In this document: positions 21,529 through 30,976 of the stretch, piece by piece
How positions within the stretch are numbered: position 1 is the first letter of the stretch
Layout: each line of letters opens with the position of its first letter
Origin: Methanocaldococcus jannaschii DSM 2661
Lineage (GTDB): Archaea > AGJL01 > Methanococci > Methanococcales > Methanocaldococcaceae
Direction of reading: 5' to 3'
DNA: 32,000 nt
Assembly (NCBI RefSeq): GCF_000091665.1
Contig: NC_000909.1
Coordinates: 413,581-445,580 of the forward strand
Notes under the pieces: model-generated
What the model saw: only the letters and a program-made list of their open reading frames with translations
Databases searched by the model: none
What the model was told of the DNA's origin: nothing
Position numbers and translations under genes: made by a program

Positions 21529-21804
21529 TTTTTTACAAACATCTGCATCGTCTAAGTTATTTTTAAGGGCTTCTTTTAGAATATTATTTTCACTATTTAA
21601 AATATTATCTATAATTTCATCTGAAGCTCCAGAGCACACATTGTTTTTTAGATTTTTTAACATTTTAATTTCAGTATCAATTTTTTCTTCCTGGGCTCTT
21701 TTATAAGCCATGGTAGTTTTAGATTTACTTTTGTTTAATACCGTAAACGCCAATATTAGACTAATTCCTAACAATAATATTGCTATTATTATTACGAAAT
21801 TCAT
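21517..21804 (-). CDS. Small hypothetical protein with one N-terminal transmembrane helix
   Basis: MNFVIIIAILLLGISLILAFTVLNKSKS followed by a charged cytosolic-type tail; 12-bp convergent overlap with the + strand gene. Confidence 0.55.
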   Translation of the reverse strand: MNFVIIIAILLLGISLILAFTVLNKSKSKTTMAYKRAQEEKIDTEIKMLKNLKNNVCSGASDEIIDNILNSENNILKEALKNNLDDADVCKKLRR

Positions 21805-21937
21805 AATATAACCCTAAAAATATTTTTTGTTTAATGAAAAAATTGTGATATACCCCAAATAAATCACAGAATTATAAAGTTTATTATTTGTGATATTAGT
21901 ATTTTTATTTTATTATTCTTTCTATTAAATTTTAATT

Positions 21938-22789
21938 TTATTGATACCTAACTATATCCAAACTCATATCAACACTCTTTACAGAATGAGTTAAAGCTCC
22001 CATTGATATAACATCAACATTGTATTTTGCATATTCTAAAATATTATCTTCTTTTATTCCACCGCTAACTTCAATTATTGGCTTAAAATTGGTTTTTCTT
22101 TCAAATTCATCAATTATCTTTAAAGCTTCCTCTATCTCTTCTGGTTTGAAGTTGTCAAGCATTATTATATCTGCCCTCTCCTCTAAAGCTTCTCTCAACT
22201 CTTTCAAGTTACTAACCTCAACTTCAATCTTTTTTGTAAAGCTAACATTTTCCTTAGCCCTTCTTATAGCTTCTTTCACACCAACAATTGCTATATGATT
22301 ATCTTTAATTAAAACACAGTCATCTAACCTAAATCTATGTGTGTCTCCACCACCAATATATACTGCATATTTTTGTAGTGGAGATAATAAAGGAAGAGTT
22401 TTTCTTGTGCAGGCCACCCTGACGTTTTTATTTACTGATTTAGCTTTTTTAACTATTCTGTTTGTCATAGTGGCTATTCCGGAGAGGTGCATAAGTAGAT
22501 TTAAGGCGGTTCTTTCAAGCATTAAAATGGTTCTTGCATCCCCTTCAAACTCTAATATGTTTCCATAAGCTTCTTCTCCATCATTAAATAATTTTTTACA
22601 TTTTATACCGTATTCTTCAAAAAATGCAACGATAAAATCAATCCCACAAACTATACATTTTTCTTTAGCTTTAATAACACCCTTAGCCTTTACACCTTCT
22701 GGAATGATGGAGTTTGTTGTTATATCTCCAAATCCAACATCGTATTCCAAAGATTTTTTTAGTATTTTAAGAGCATAATCTTTGAGCAT
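21938..22789 (-). CDS. nadC: Nicotinate-nucleotide pyrophosphorylase (quinolinate phosphoribosyltransferase)
   Basis: EDVGFGDITTNSIIPEG-like N-terminus, LLNLLMHLSGIATMT, VACTRKTLPLLSPLQKYAVYIGGGDTHRFRLDDCVLIKDNH, EVEVSNLKE. Confidence 0.95.
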   Translation of the reverse strand: MLKDYALKILKKSLEYDVGFGDITTNSIIPEGVKAKGVIKAKEKCIVCGIDFIVAFFEEYGIKCKKLFNDGEEAYGNILEFEGDARTILMLERTALNLLMHLSGIATMTNRIVKKAKSVNKNVRVACTRKTLPLLSPLQKYAVYIGGGDTHRFRLDDCVLIKDNHIAIVGVKEAIRRAKENVSFTKKIEVEVSNLKELREALEERADIIMLDNFKPEEIEEALKIIDEFERKTNFKPIIEVSGGIKEDNILEYAKYNVDVISMGALTHSVKSVDMSLDIVRYQ

Positions 22790-22917
22790 GAATATCCCCC
22801 ATTATTAAGTTTTTAATTTTTTAATTTAATAAAACTTAAATAATAAAAACTTTTGTTAAAAAATATGTGTAGTATAAAAATTTCTAAATACAACACACTA
22901 TTTATTGAGTGATAGAA

Positions 22918-23313
22918 ATGCTTAAAACACTACCACCAACTTTAAGGGAGAAAAAGAGATATATTGCATTTAAAATATTATACGATGAGGAGTTAAAAGA
23001 GGGAGAGGTTGTTAATTTAATTAGAAAAGCTGTTTTAGAATATTATGGCTCTTGGGGAACATCCAAGGCAAATCCATGGCTTGTTTATTATGATTTTCCT
23101 TATGGTATTTTGAGATGTCAAAGGGATAATGTTGATTATGTAAAAGCCTCTTTAATTTTGATTAGGGAATTTAAAGAAAAGCCAGTAAATATTATCTGCT
23201 TAGGAGTTTCCGGGACAATAAGAAAGGCAAAAATAAAATTTTTAGGAATAAAAAAACCAAAGAGATGGTTTGTAATTAGAAGAGAAAGGTTGAAAGCTAA
23301 AAAACAAAAATAA
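22918..23313 (+). CDS. rnp2: Ribonuclease P protein component 2 (Pop5 homolog)
   Basis: MLKTLPPTLREKKRYIAFKILYDEEL...GILRCQRDNVDYVKASLILI...VSGTIRKAKIKFL; RBS-like GTGAT upstream. Confidence 0.86.
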   Translation: MLKTLPPTLREKKRYIAFKILYDEELKEGEVVNLIRKAVLEYYGSWGTSKANPWLVYYDFPYGILRCQRDNVDYVKASLILIREFKEKPVNIICLGVSGTIRKAKIKFLGIKKPKRWFVIRRERLKAKKQK

Positions 23314-23341
23314 ATAATTAATAAATAATTTGGTGATTTCT

Positions 23342-24739
23342 ATGGAAATGAAAAATGTAAATGTTGGTTTGTTTGGGCATATTGACCATGGAAAAACACA
23401 ACTGGCAAAGCAACTGACTGAAATAGCTTCAACCTCTGCCTTAGATAAACCAAAAGAATCCCAAAAGAGAGGAATAACCATTGATTTGGGATTCTCTTCC
23501 TTCACATTGGATAGATATAGGATTACCTTAGTCGATGCCCCTGGACATTCTGAGTTGATAAGAACAGCTATTGGGGCAGGAAATATAATTGATGCCGCTT
23601 TATTAGTTGTAGATGCCAAAGAAGGGCCAAAGACACAAACAGGAGAGCATCTGTTAGTTTTAGATTTATTAAACATCCCTACGATTGTTGTTATAAATAA
23701 GATAGACATTGCAAATGATGAAGAGATTAAAAGAACTGAAATGTTTATGAAACAAATACTAAACTCAACAATAAATTTAAAAAACTCTAAGATTATTAAA
23801 ATCTCAGCAAAAACTGGAGAGGGAATAGGGGAATTAAAAAAAGAGCTTAAAAATCTGTTAGACAGCTTAGATATTAAGAGAGATATAAATAGCTATCTAA
23901 AAATGCCTATTGACCATGCATTTAAAATAAAAGGGGTTGGAACAGTTGTAACAGGAACGATTCATAAGGGAAAGGTGGAGGTTGGAGATAATCTTAGGAT
24001 TTTACCAATAAATCATGAAGTTAAGGTTAAAAGCATACAGTGCTTTAAACAGGATGTCTCTATAGCTTATGCAGGAGATAGGGTTGGAATGGCGTTAATG
24101 GGTGTAGAACCAGAGAGTTTATTTAGAGGTTGCATATTAACTTCAGAGGATACAAAATTAAAGGTAGTAGATAAGTTTATAGCAAAAGTAAAGATTCTTG
24201 AGTTGTTTAAATATAACTTAGCTCCAAAGATGAAGGTTCATATAAACATTGGGCTTTTAACAGTCCCAGCCACAATAATTCCATATAAAATAGAGAAGAT
24301 TAATGACAAAGAGGAACCAATAATACTGGAAGAAATTAAAGGGGGAGATTCTTGCTACTGTATCTTTAAGTTAGAGGAAAGAGTTGTTGTTGATGAAGGA
24401 GATAAGATTTTAATAATGAGGTTGGATTTGCCGCCAACAACTTTAAGGATTTGTGGATTTGGGGAGGTTATTGATTTTGGAGAAGTAGAGGTTAAAAAGA
24501 TTGTTGTAAAAGAGGGAAAGGTTGTTAAAAAGAAAGATAAAATCTATATTGAGGGATTAGCATCTTCTAAAACAGCTGGAGAAAAACTTATTGGGGGGAA
24601 AGTTTATATCCCTGATAAGAATATATGGGGAGTTATTAAGGGGACGTTTGGAACTAAAGGGGCTTTAATTGCTGAGTTTGATGAGGAAGTTAATGGAGGA
24701 GAAAAAGTTGTATTAAAAAGAGTAAGAAAATGGGGATAA
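23342..24739 (+). CDS. selB: Selenocysteine-specific translation elongation factor SelB
   Basis: MEMKNVNVGLFGHIDHGKTQLAKQLTEIASTSALDKPKESQKRGITIDLGFSSFTLDRYRITLVDAPGHSELIRTAIGAGNIID: GTPase with SelB-specific QKRGITIDLGFSSF. Confidence 0.93.
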   Translation: MEMKNVNVGLFGHIDHGKTQLAKQLTEIASTSALDKPKESQKRGITIDLGFSSFTLDRYRITLVDAPGHSELIRTAIGAGNIIDAALLVVDAKEGPKTQTGEHLLVLDLLNIPTIVVINKIDIANDEEIKRTEMFMKQILNSTINLKNSKIIKISAKTGEGIGELKKELKNLLDSLDIKRDINSYLKMPIDHAFKIKGVGTVVTGTIHKGKVEVGDNLRILPINHEVKVKSIQCFKQDVSIAYAGDRVGMALMGVEPESLFRGCILTSEDTKLKVVDKFIAKVKILELFKYNLAPKMKVHINIGLLTVPATIIPYKIEKINDKEEPIILEEIKGGDSCYCIFKLEERVVVDEGDKILIMRLDLPPTTLRICGFGEVIDFGEVEVKKIVVKEGKVVKKKDKIYIEGLASSKTAGEKLIGGKVYIPDKNIWGVIKGTFGTKGALIAEFDEEVNGGEKVVLKRVRKWG

Positions 24740-24831
24740 ATTCATAGGTATTAAAACCGCATCTTTTATATACTCAACACAACAAAAATAAATTTTACCG
24801 ATAAATTATTTTAGCTGTCTTGGTGAGAGTT

Positions 24832-25245
24832 GTGTATGTTGTGAATCTACCATATAAAAAGTTGGGTGTAGAATGTGATGGAAAACAGCTAATTTTAAAA
24901 ATGAAATCTAAGGATGTTGAGGATAGTATAAAAATGAATTTTGAATCAGCTGCTTTATTAAAAATCTTGATGGAGCAGAGTGCAGTGATAGCTGAGAAAA
25001 TAAACAAGGACTTTAAAAAGGATAAAATTAAAGTGCATAATATACATGATGTTGGAACAGTTTTTGGTGTTGATGGGAGAGTTTCAGTGGGGGTTTTACC
25101 AGCAGATGAAAATAGGGTAGCTTCAATTCTTGTTGGCTTTCATAAGGATGACAAACATATATCAGTTGTAGTGAAACCAAAAAAGATTGCATTGTTGAGT
25201 GTTATTATAACAAAAATCATAAGCGAAAATCTAAAGTTAGATTAA
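24832..25245 (+). CDS. Conserved hypothetical protein
   Basis: Reading frame [31 protein letters not shown]...; GGTGAG about 7 nt upstream of GTG 24832; no family assigned with confidence. Confidence 0.6.
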
Positions 25246-25638
25246 ATCATCTATTTTTAACTGTTTTCCTCTACCTATAACTTCATAAAAATCAATAGCT
25301 ATAGCTTTTATCCTTTCATCGATAACATAGTTTTTGCCATTAGTTGATAAAAGAAAAGGATTTATAAATAGCATTTCTCCATTAAACTTTATAGCTAAAT
25401 AAGGTTTTCCTCCAAATATTTCAGAAAAGCTTATAAGTTTTTCAATGTCCTCCTTATTTATATAGAATTTGGTTTTTGAAGAAGTCTTACACTCAAATAT
25501 TAAAACCTCTCCTTTTCTCCCAGCTATTAAATCAACTCCTTTACTTCCTGCACTCCTAATTACAGCAAATCCCTCCTTTTCTAAAAGTCTTTTTAATTCT
25601 CTTTCAAATGAACTTCCTTTTCTATATTTATGCCTCAT
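25237..25638 (-). CDS. hjc: Archaeal Holliday junction resolvase Hjc
   Basis: [62 protein letters not shown]-(D/E)xK nuclease motifs E, D, ExK. Confidence 0.93.
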
Positions 25639-26098
25639 TTTTGCTCCCTAATACTTTCTCAATAATATTTTTAAACTCCTCTACAGGTATTTTAGTTTCT
25701 CTCTTTATCAACTCATTTTCTTTAGCTAAAACTTCTTCCATTGGTTTTATTCCTTCCTTATCAATTTTATCTAATGCTAAACCAATTTTGTCTAAAACCG
25801 CTTGCTCAGCCTCTAATTGGTGGAAACCCTCTCTTGGTCCTCCTCCTCTAAATGCCCTACATCTCCTCTTATCCCAAATAGCATATCCTCTGTCCTTACA
25901 AAATATTCTATTTCTCTCATAATTTCTAATTTCTTGAGCTAATTTATCCACTAACTCTTCCTCTCCCTCAATGTATGCTCCAAAACATGTCTCTTTTACA
26001 ATAACTGGCTGATTTAATGTATTTATATATCTCACTAACTTACCTGGAGTTGTTAGGGCATTTTCAGCTAAAACAATAACCTTTGTCTTTTTCATCAT
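25628..26098 (-). CDS. Methanogenesis marker protein 6-like
   Basis: KTKVIVLAENALTTPGKLVRYINTLNQPVIVKETCFGAYIEGEEELVDKLAQEIRNYERNRIFCKDRGYAIWDKRRCRAFRGGGPREGFHQLEAE; family recalled from memory. Overlaps hjc by 11 bp. Confidence 0.75.
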   Translation of the reverse strand: MMKKTKVIVLAENALTTPGKLVRYINTLNQPVIVKETCFGAYIEGEEELVDKLAQEIRNYERNRIFCKDRGYAIWDKRRCRAFRGGGPREGFHQLEAEQAVLDKIGLALDKIDKEGIKPMEEVLAKENELIKRETKIPVEEFKNIIEKVLGSKNEA

Positions 26099-26246
26099 TT
26101 CACCATAATTTTAATATTAATTTAAATTTGCCTTCTATACTTTATAAAGATTGTTATTTATGCAAACCCCAAATGTTTAAAGCTTTAAAATAGAATACTA
26201 TTAGTGCCTGCCTTTTTTAAATGTTTTAAAAAGAATTATGGAAAAA

Positions 26247-27521
26247 TTATAAATCCCTTGGGTCAACAAGTTCTCCTTTAACAGCACATGCAGCAGCAGT
26301 TATTGGTGATGCTAAATAAATCTCTGCTTCTAATGAACCCTGCCTTCCTCTGAAGTTTCTGTTTGAGGTTGAGACACAGACCTCTCCAGGACCTAAAACA
26401 CCATACAATGAACCCATACAAGCAGAGCATGAAGGATTTGTAACAACACATCCATACTTTAAGAATTTCTCAATTATTCCCTCTTTTAATGCTTTTAGAT
26501 ACTCTTCCCTTGAAGCTGGAGTTACAACAACCCTAACATCATCAGCAATTCCACCATGCTTCTCAATAATCTTAATAGCCATTCTTAAATCTTCCAATCT
26601 TCCGTTCGTACATGAACCAATAAACACCTGGTCTATAGGCTTTCCAGCCACTTCTCTCGCCTGTTTAACATTATCTACATTGTGTGGGCATGCAAATACT
26701 GGCTCTATTTTATCTGCCTCAATTTCATAAACCTCTGCAAATTCAGCATCTTCATCTCCTTTTATTACCTCAAATGGTCTCTCAGTTCCATGTTTCTTCA
26801 TAGCCTCTTTTACATATTGGATGGTTTTCTCATCTGGCTCTATAATTCCTGTTTTTCCCCCCATCTCAATAGCCATGTTTGTCATTGTCATTCTTGATGC
26901 TATGGACATCTTTTTAACGGTTTCTCCACCAAACTGGCATGCTTTATATGTAGCCCCATCAACACCAACTTCTCCTATAATGCTTAGAATAACATCCTTT
27001 GAAGTAACGTAAGGTTGTAAATCTCCAGTAATGTTGAAGTATATTGTTTCTGGAACTTTAAACCACAATTTACCTGTTGCAAATACGTGAGCCATGTCAG
27101 TTGAACCTATACCGGTAGCAAAAGCACCAAAAGCTCCATGTGTGCATGTGTGTGAATCAGCTCCAACAACTACCTCTCCTGGAGCTACATGTCCTTTCTC
27201 TGGTAAAACTTGGTGACAAACTCCCTCTCTAATATCGTAGAAGTATTTAATACCCTGTTCTTTTACGAACTTTCTCATTAATATATGGTTTTCAGCCGCT
27301 TTTATACTATCAGCAGGAACTTGGTGGTCAAATAAAATAACTATCTTTTCTGGATTCCAAACTTTTTCAATTCCATACTCCTTTAATGTATTGACTGTTA
27401 AAGGCCCTGTAATATCATGAACCATTGCTACATCAATGTTTGCCATCACTATATCTCCAGGACTAACTTCCTTCTTTCCAGACGCCTTTGCTAATATCTT
27501 CTCTACAATTGTCATTCCCAT
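26247..27521 (-). CDS. leuC: Aconitase-superfamily large subunit, probable 3-isopropylmalate dehydratase (possible homoaconitase)
   Basis: [98 protein letters not shown] cluster cysteines. Paralog choice not provable from this window. Confidence 0.88.
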
Positions 27522-27564
27522 AATCTCACCATTTAATTAGTCTTTATAAGAATAACTGTAGATA

Positions 27565-27674
27565 TATAGTGCCTTTCAAAATTAATAAACTTATTATTAA
27601 ACTTTGAACGCCTTCCTTTAGGAGGCGTTCATTAATACCTTTTATTATCTCAATAAGTTTTGAAAGGCACTATA
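27565..27674. repeat. Nested-palindrome element B (110 bp): 17-bp terminal inverted repeats plus central 10-bp hairpin
   Basis: TATAGTGCCTTTCAAAA (27565-27581) / TTTTGAAAGGCACTATA (27658-27674); centre GAACGCCTTC-CTTTA-GGAGGCGTTC (27606-27630). Confidence 0.85.
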
Positions 27675-27769
27675 CTTTTAGAGTGTAAGTGATATAAAAA
27701 AGTTTATAAAAAATCTTTCATGAATAATAATTTAGGATGATGAACCTTACGGGGGCTGAGAGATTATTT

Positions 27770-27841
27770 TAATTCCTCGATGATGAGCAATAAAAAGCTG
27801 ACTTAATATGATGAACCTTTCGGGGTATCTGAGAGGAATTA
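27770..27841 (+). ncRNA. C/D box guide sRNA (archaeal 2'-O-methylation guide)
   Basis: C box ATGATGA 27780-27786; guide GCAATAAAAAG; D' CTGA 27798-27801; 6-nt spacer; C' ATGATGA 27808-27814; guide ACCTTTCGGGGTAT; D CTGA 27829-27832; 9-bp terminal stem TAATTCCTC (27770-27778) / GAGGAATTA (27833-27841). Confidence 0.88.
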
Positions 27842-27947
27842 TAGTTTTTGCAAAACATTTTGTAATAATAAGGTATATAATGAACGCCTTCTATAAGAAG
27901 GTGTTCAACTTTCCTTAGTCAATTTAATAACTTTTGCAAAAACTATA
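27840..27947. repeat. Nested-palindrome element C (108 bp): 16-bp terminal inverted repeats plus central 10-bp hairpin
   Basis: TATAGTTTTTGCAAAA (27840-27855) / TTTTGCAAAAACTATA (27932-27947); centre GAACGCCTTC-TATAA-GAAGGTGTTC (27882-27906). Confidence 0.85.
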
Positions 27948-27952
27948 TATTT

Positions 27953-28723
27953 TTATTCTACCTCCATAGTGTATTTCTTTGATGCTCCCTTGAATAGCAT
28001 TGAAGAAGAGGCAAATTTTAAATATAGGAGAGCTTTATCAACATCTATAATCTTTGTTGATGCTATATGTGTTATGCCAAATCCTTTAAATAGCTCTGGC
28101 AAAGATTGAGCTGTAGGTCCTACTAAAATCTTTAACTTGGCATTTTTAGCCCTATCTAAAACAAAATCCAATGTATCATTTAGCAGAGTAGTTCCGCTGA
28201 TAAATACGGCATCCATCTCTGGCAATAACCTATATTCAAAGGCATCGCTTAAAACTCCATCCATCAATAGTGAAGGACTTCTCTCAAACACATAGATATC
28301 AAATTTTTCAGATTTTTTCAGCATATTAACAACTGGAATCATATTTCCAACGAAAGCTATTTTTTTAATATCGTCTCTATTTAAAACTAACTCAGCGGCA
28401 TCTTTTCCATTAGCTTCAAAGTTAAAATAGTATTGAGATACTGCATTGATAGCTGCAACTCCCAAAGTTCTTTCAACAATATCAAAACTATCTGCCATGT
28501 TTATAAACTCTTCCAAATTTTTATTTATATTTAAATCTTTCCTATTTCCATGCCCTCTATATTCCTCCAATAACGTCATTGCCACTCCCAAAGCTTTTTT
28601 GCCATTGCTTTCAATTAATACATAGCTATAAGGCAAGGCAAAGGAGAAATCAATAACTTTAAAATCTTCTTCTTTCTCACTTAGCAGATTTAAAGCTCTC
28701 TCTTTTATCTCTTCTATTATCAT
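27953..28723 (-). CDS. DUF364-like protein (putative heavy-metal chelation domain)
   Basis: KKALGVAMTLLEEYRGHG, ERTLGVAAINAVSQYYFN, VFERSPSLLMDG, YRLLPEMDAVFISGTTLLNDTLDFVL, LVGPTAQSLPELFKGFGITHIA, typical of this family. Start MIIEEIKER at 28723 likely. Confidence 0.8.
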   Translation of the reverse strand: MIIEEIKERALNLLSEKEEDFKVIDFSFALPYSYVLIESNGKKALGVAMTLLEEYRGHGNRKDLNINKNLEEFINMADSFDIVERTLGVAAINAVSQYYFNFEANGKDAAELVLNRDDIKKIAFVGNMIPVVNMLKKSEKFDIYVFERSPSLLMDGVLSDAFEYRLLPEMDAVFISGTTLLNDTLDFVLDRAKNAKLKILVGPTAQSLPELFKGFGITHIASTKIIDVDKALLYLKFASSSMLFKGASKKYTMEVE

Positions 28724-28809
28724 AAAACTCACTTCAGATATTTGGCGATTATTAATTTTAAAATTTTAATTACATTTAAGATTTTATTCATTATAAAGAA
28801 TTAACATCA

Positions 28810-29418
28810 TCAAAACAGCATTAAATTATATTTCTTTGAAAAATATTCTGCTTTCTCTATATGCTCTGGATAAATCTTCTTTAGTTTTTCAATAATCTCC
28901 TCCCTTCTTAAACTTTCAGCCCCAATTTTTAAAATCTTTAGAATCTCATCTTTGACTTCATATACTTTCCAGCTTGGAATCTCAATGGTCATGCAAAAAT
29001 CTTCTTTACTAAATCTCTTTCTTAAAATTGGAGAGATTGAGGCTATTAGAACATTGTTTCCGATATCTATGAGTGGAGGAACTTTTTTCCTATTGTTGCT
29101 TGTTAATTTTTTATAATTTTCTTTTTTATATGCATGGAGTTCAAAATAGACCTTTGGCTTATACTTTTTGATGATGTTGATTAATGTTTTACCTTCATCA
29201 CTTTCATAATACTTTTCTGATAATGTAGAGATGTATTTGCTATTTTCAACAAGTTTTGGGATAACTACTATATCACCAATATAATTGCATTCTTTTAATG
29301 AATTGACAAAATCTTTAAGAATAATTTCTGTAAATTTTCCCTCATTTCCATGCAAACCTCCAATAAACAGCTTTTTTACGCCATTACCTTTAAATTCAAA
29401 GATTTCCATAATTTTCAC
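28810..29418 (-). CDS. DUF2119-like archaeal conserved protein
   Basis: KLFIGGLHGNEGKFT...KPKVYFELHAYKKENY, zinc-peptidase-like HGNE and ELHAY segments; family name recalled from memory. Confidence 0.65.
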   Translation of the reverse strand: MKIMEIFEFKGNGVKKLFIGGLHGNEGKFTEIILKDFVNSLKECNYIGDIVVIPKLVENSKYISTLSEKYYESDEGKTLINIIKKYKPKVYFELHAYKKENYKKLTSNNRKKVPPLIDIGNNVLIASISPILRKRFSKEDFCMTIEIPSWKVYEVKDEILKILKIGAESLRREEIIEKLKKIYPEHIEKAEYFSKKYNLMLF

Positions 29419-29578
29419 ACTTACTTAATTTATAAATGTTAATTTTTCTCATTAGAGACAAGAATTAAGAATCGGGTATATAGAATTATCATAATTTCAT
29501 TTGTATTAACTGTGTAATTATAACAACCTTAATATATCACATTTAAATTATACTCTGTTGATTAAAAAATTAGTGGTG

Positions 29579-30868
29579 ATGTATTTGCTGATTGTTAAAA
29601 AAACAGATAGATTGGAAGGGATAGTTAAAGCTCCTCCTTCAAAATCTTACACTCATAGAGCAGTTATTGGAGCATCTTTAGCTGATGGAGTTAGCAGAAT
29701 AATAAACCCACTTTGGGGAGCTGATTGTTTATCATCTGTTCATGGTTGTAGAATGTTGGGGGCTAATATTGAGTTAGATAAAGAAAAAGATGAATGGATT
29801 GTTAAAGGAGGAGAGTTAAAAACCCCAGATAATATCATAGATATTGGGAACAGTGGAACAACCTTAAGGATTTTAACCTCTATAGCCTCACAGATACCAA
29901 AAGGATATGCAATTTTAACTGGAGATGATTCTATAAGAAAGAGACCGATGCAACCTTTATTAGATGCCTTAAAACAGCTAAATATAGAGGCATTTTCATC
30001 AAAATTAGATGGAACTGCACCAATAATAGTTAAAAGTGGGAAAATTTATGGAAATGTGGTAAAGATTAGAGGAGACATTAGCTCTCAGTTTATAACCTCT
30101 TTGATGATGCTCCTTCCATTTAATAAAGAAGATACTGAGATAATTCTAACCTCACCACTAAAATCAAAGCCATATATTGATATAACATTGGATATATTAA
30201 ATAAATTTGGAATAAAGATTGATAAAACTGATAACGGCTTTTTAGTCTATGGAAATCAGAAGTATAAACCAATAGATTATATTGTTGAGGGAGATTATTC
30301 TTCAGCTTCATACTTAATAGCTGCTGGAGTTTTAATAAACTCAAATATAACTATTGAAAACCTATTTGCCAACTCAAAGCAAGGAGATAAAGCTATAATC
30401 AATATTGTCAAAGAGATGGGAGCAGATATTAAAGTTAAAAAAGATAAAGTAATTATTGAAGGAGAATACAGCTTAAAAGGAATAGATGTTGATGTTAAAG
30501 ATATTCCAGATTTAGTCCCAACAATTGCAGTTCTTGGATGCTTTGCAGAAGGAAAGACTGAGATTTACAATGGAGAACATGTTAGATTAAAGGAGTGCGA
30601 TAGATTAAGAGCTTGTGCTGTTGAATTAAAAAAGATGGGTGCTGATATTGAAGAGAAACCAGATGGTTTAATTATAAGAGGAGTTAAAAAGCTAAAGGGG
30701 GCTAAGCTAAACACCTATCACGACCATAGATTGGTTATGGCATTTACTATAGCTGGTTTAAAGGCAGAAGGAGAAACAATTATTGAAGGAGAGGAGGCCG
30801 TTAAAATCTCTTTCCCAAACTTTGTTGATGTTATGAAGAGCTTAGGGGCTAATATAGAGGTAAAATAA
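29579..30868 (+). CDS. aroA: 3-phosphoshikimate 1-carboxyvinyltransferase (EPSP synthase)
   Basis: VKAPPSKSYTHRAVIGASLADG, IDIGNSGTTLRILTSIAS, DSIRKRPMQPLLDAL, HVRLKECDRLRA, YHDHRLVMAFTIAGL. Start ATG 29579 after GTGGTG. Confidence 0.96.
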   Translation: MYLLIVKKTDRLEGIVKAPPSKSYTHRAVIGASLADGVSRIINPLWGADCLSSVHGCRMLGANIELDKEKDEWIVKGGELKTPDNIIDIGNSGTTLRILTSIASQIPKGYAILTGDDSIRKRPMQPLLDALKQLNIEAFSSKLDGTAPIIVKSGKIYGNVVKIRGDISSQFITSLMMLLPFNKEDTEIILTSPLKSKPYIDITLDILNKFGIKIDKTDNGFLVYGNQKYKPIDYIVEGDYSSASYLIAAGVLINSNITIENLFANSKQGDKAIINIVKEMGADIKVKKDKVIIEGEYSLKGIDVDVKDIPDLVPTIAVLGCFAEGKTEIYNGEHVRLKECDRLRACAVELKKMGADIEEKPDGLIIRGVKKLKGAKLNTYHDHRLVMAFTIAGLKAEGETIIEGEEAVKISFPNFVDVMKSLGANIEVK

Positions 30869-30976
30869 AAAGTAAGTGAATAAATCAATCTCTTCATATT
30901 GATATTTTGATTAAAAAATAATAAAAAAATTTATACAGGTAATAACAACTCTATGACAAAAGTGCTGGTGATGTTT

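Noticed and set aside
27737-27841. Possible TPP riboswitch because of CTGAGAG and TGAACC strings
   Set aside because: The required TPP order (GGGG...CUGAGA...GAACCUGAUC...) is absent, and the motifs are fully explained by C/D boxes with a matching terminal stem.
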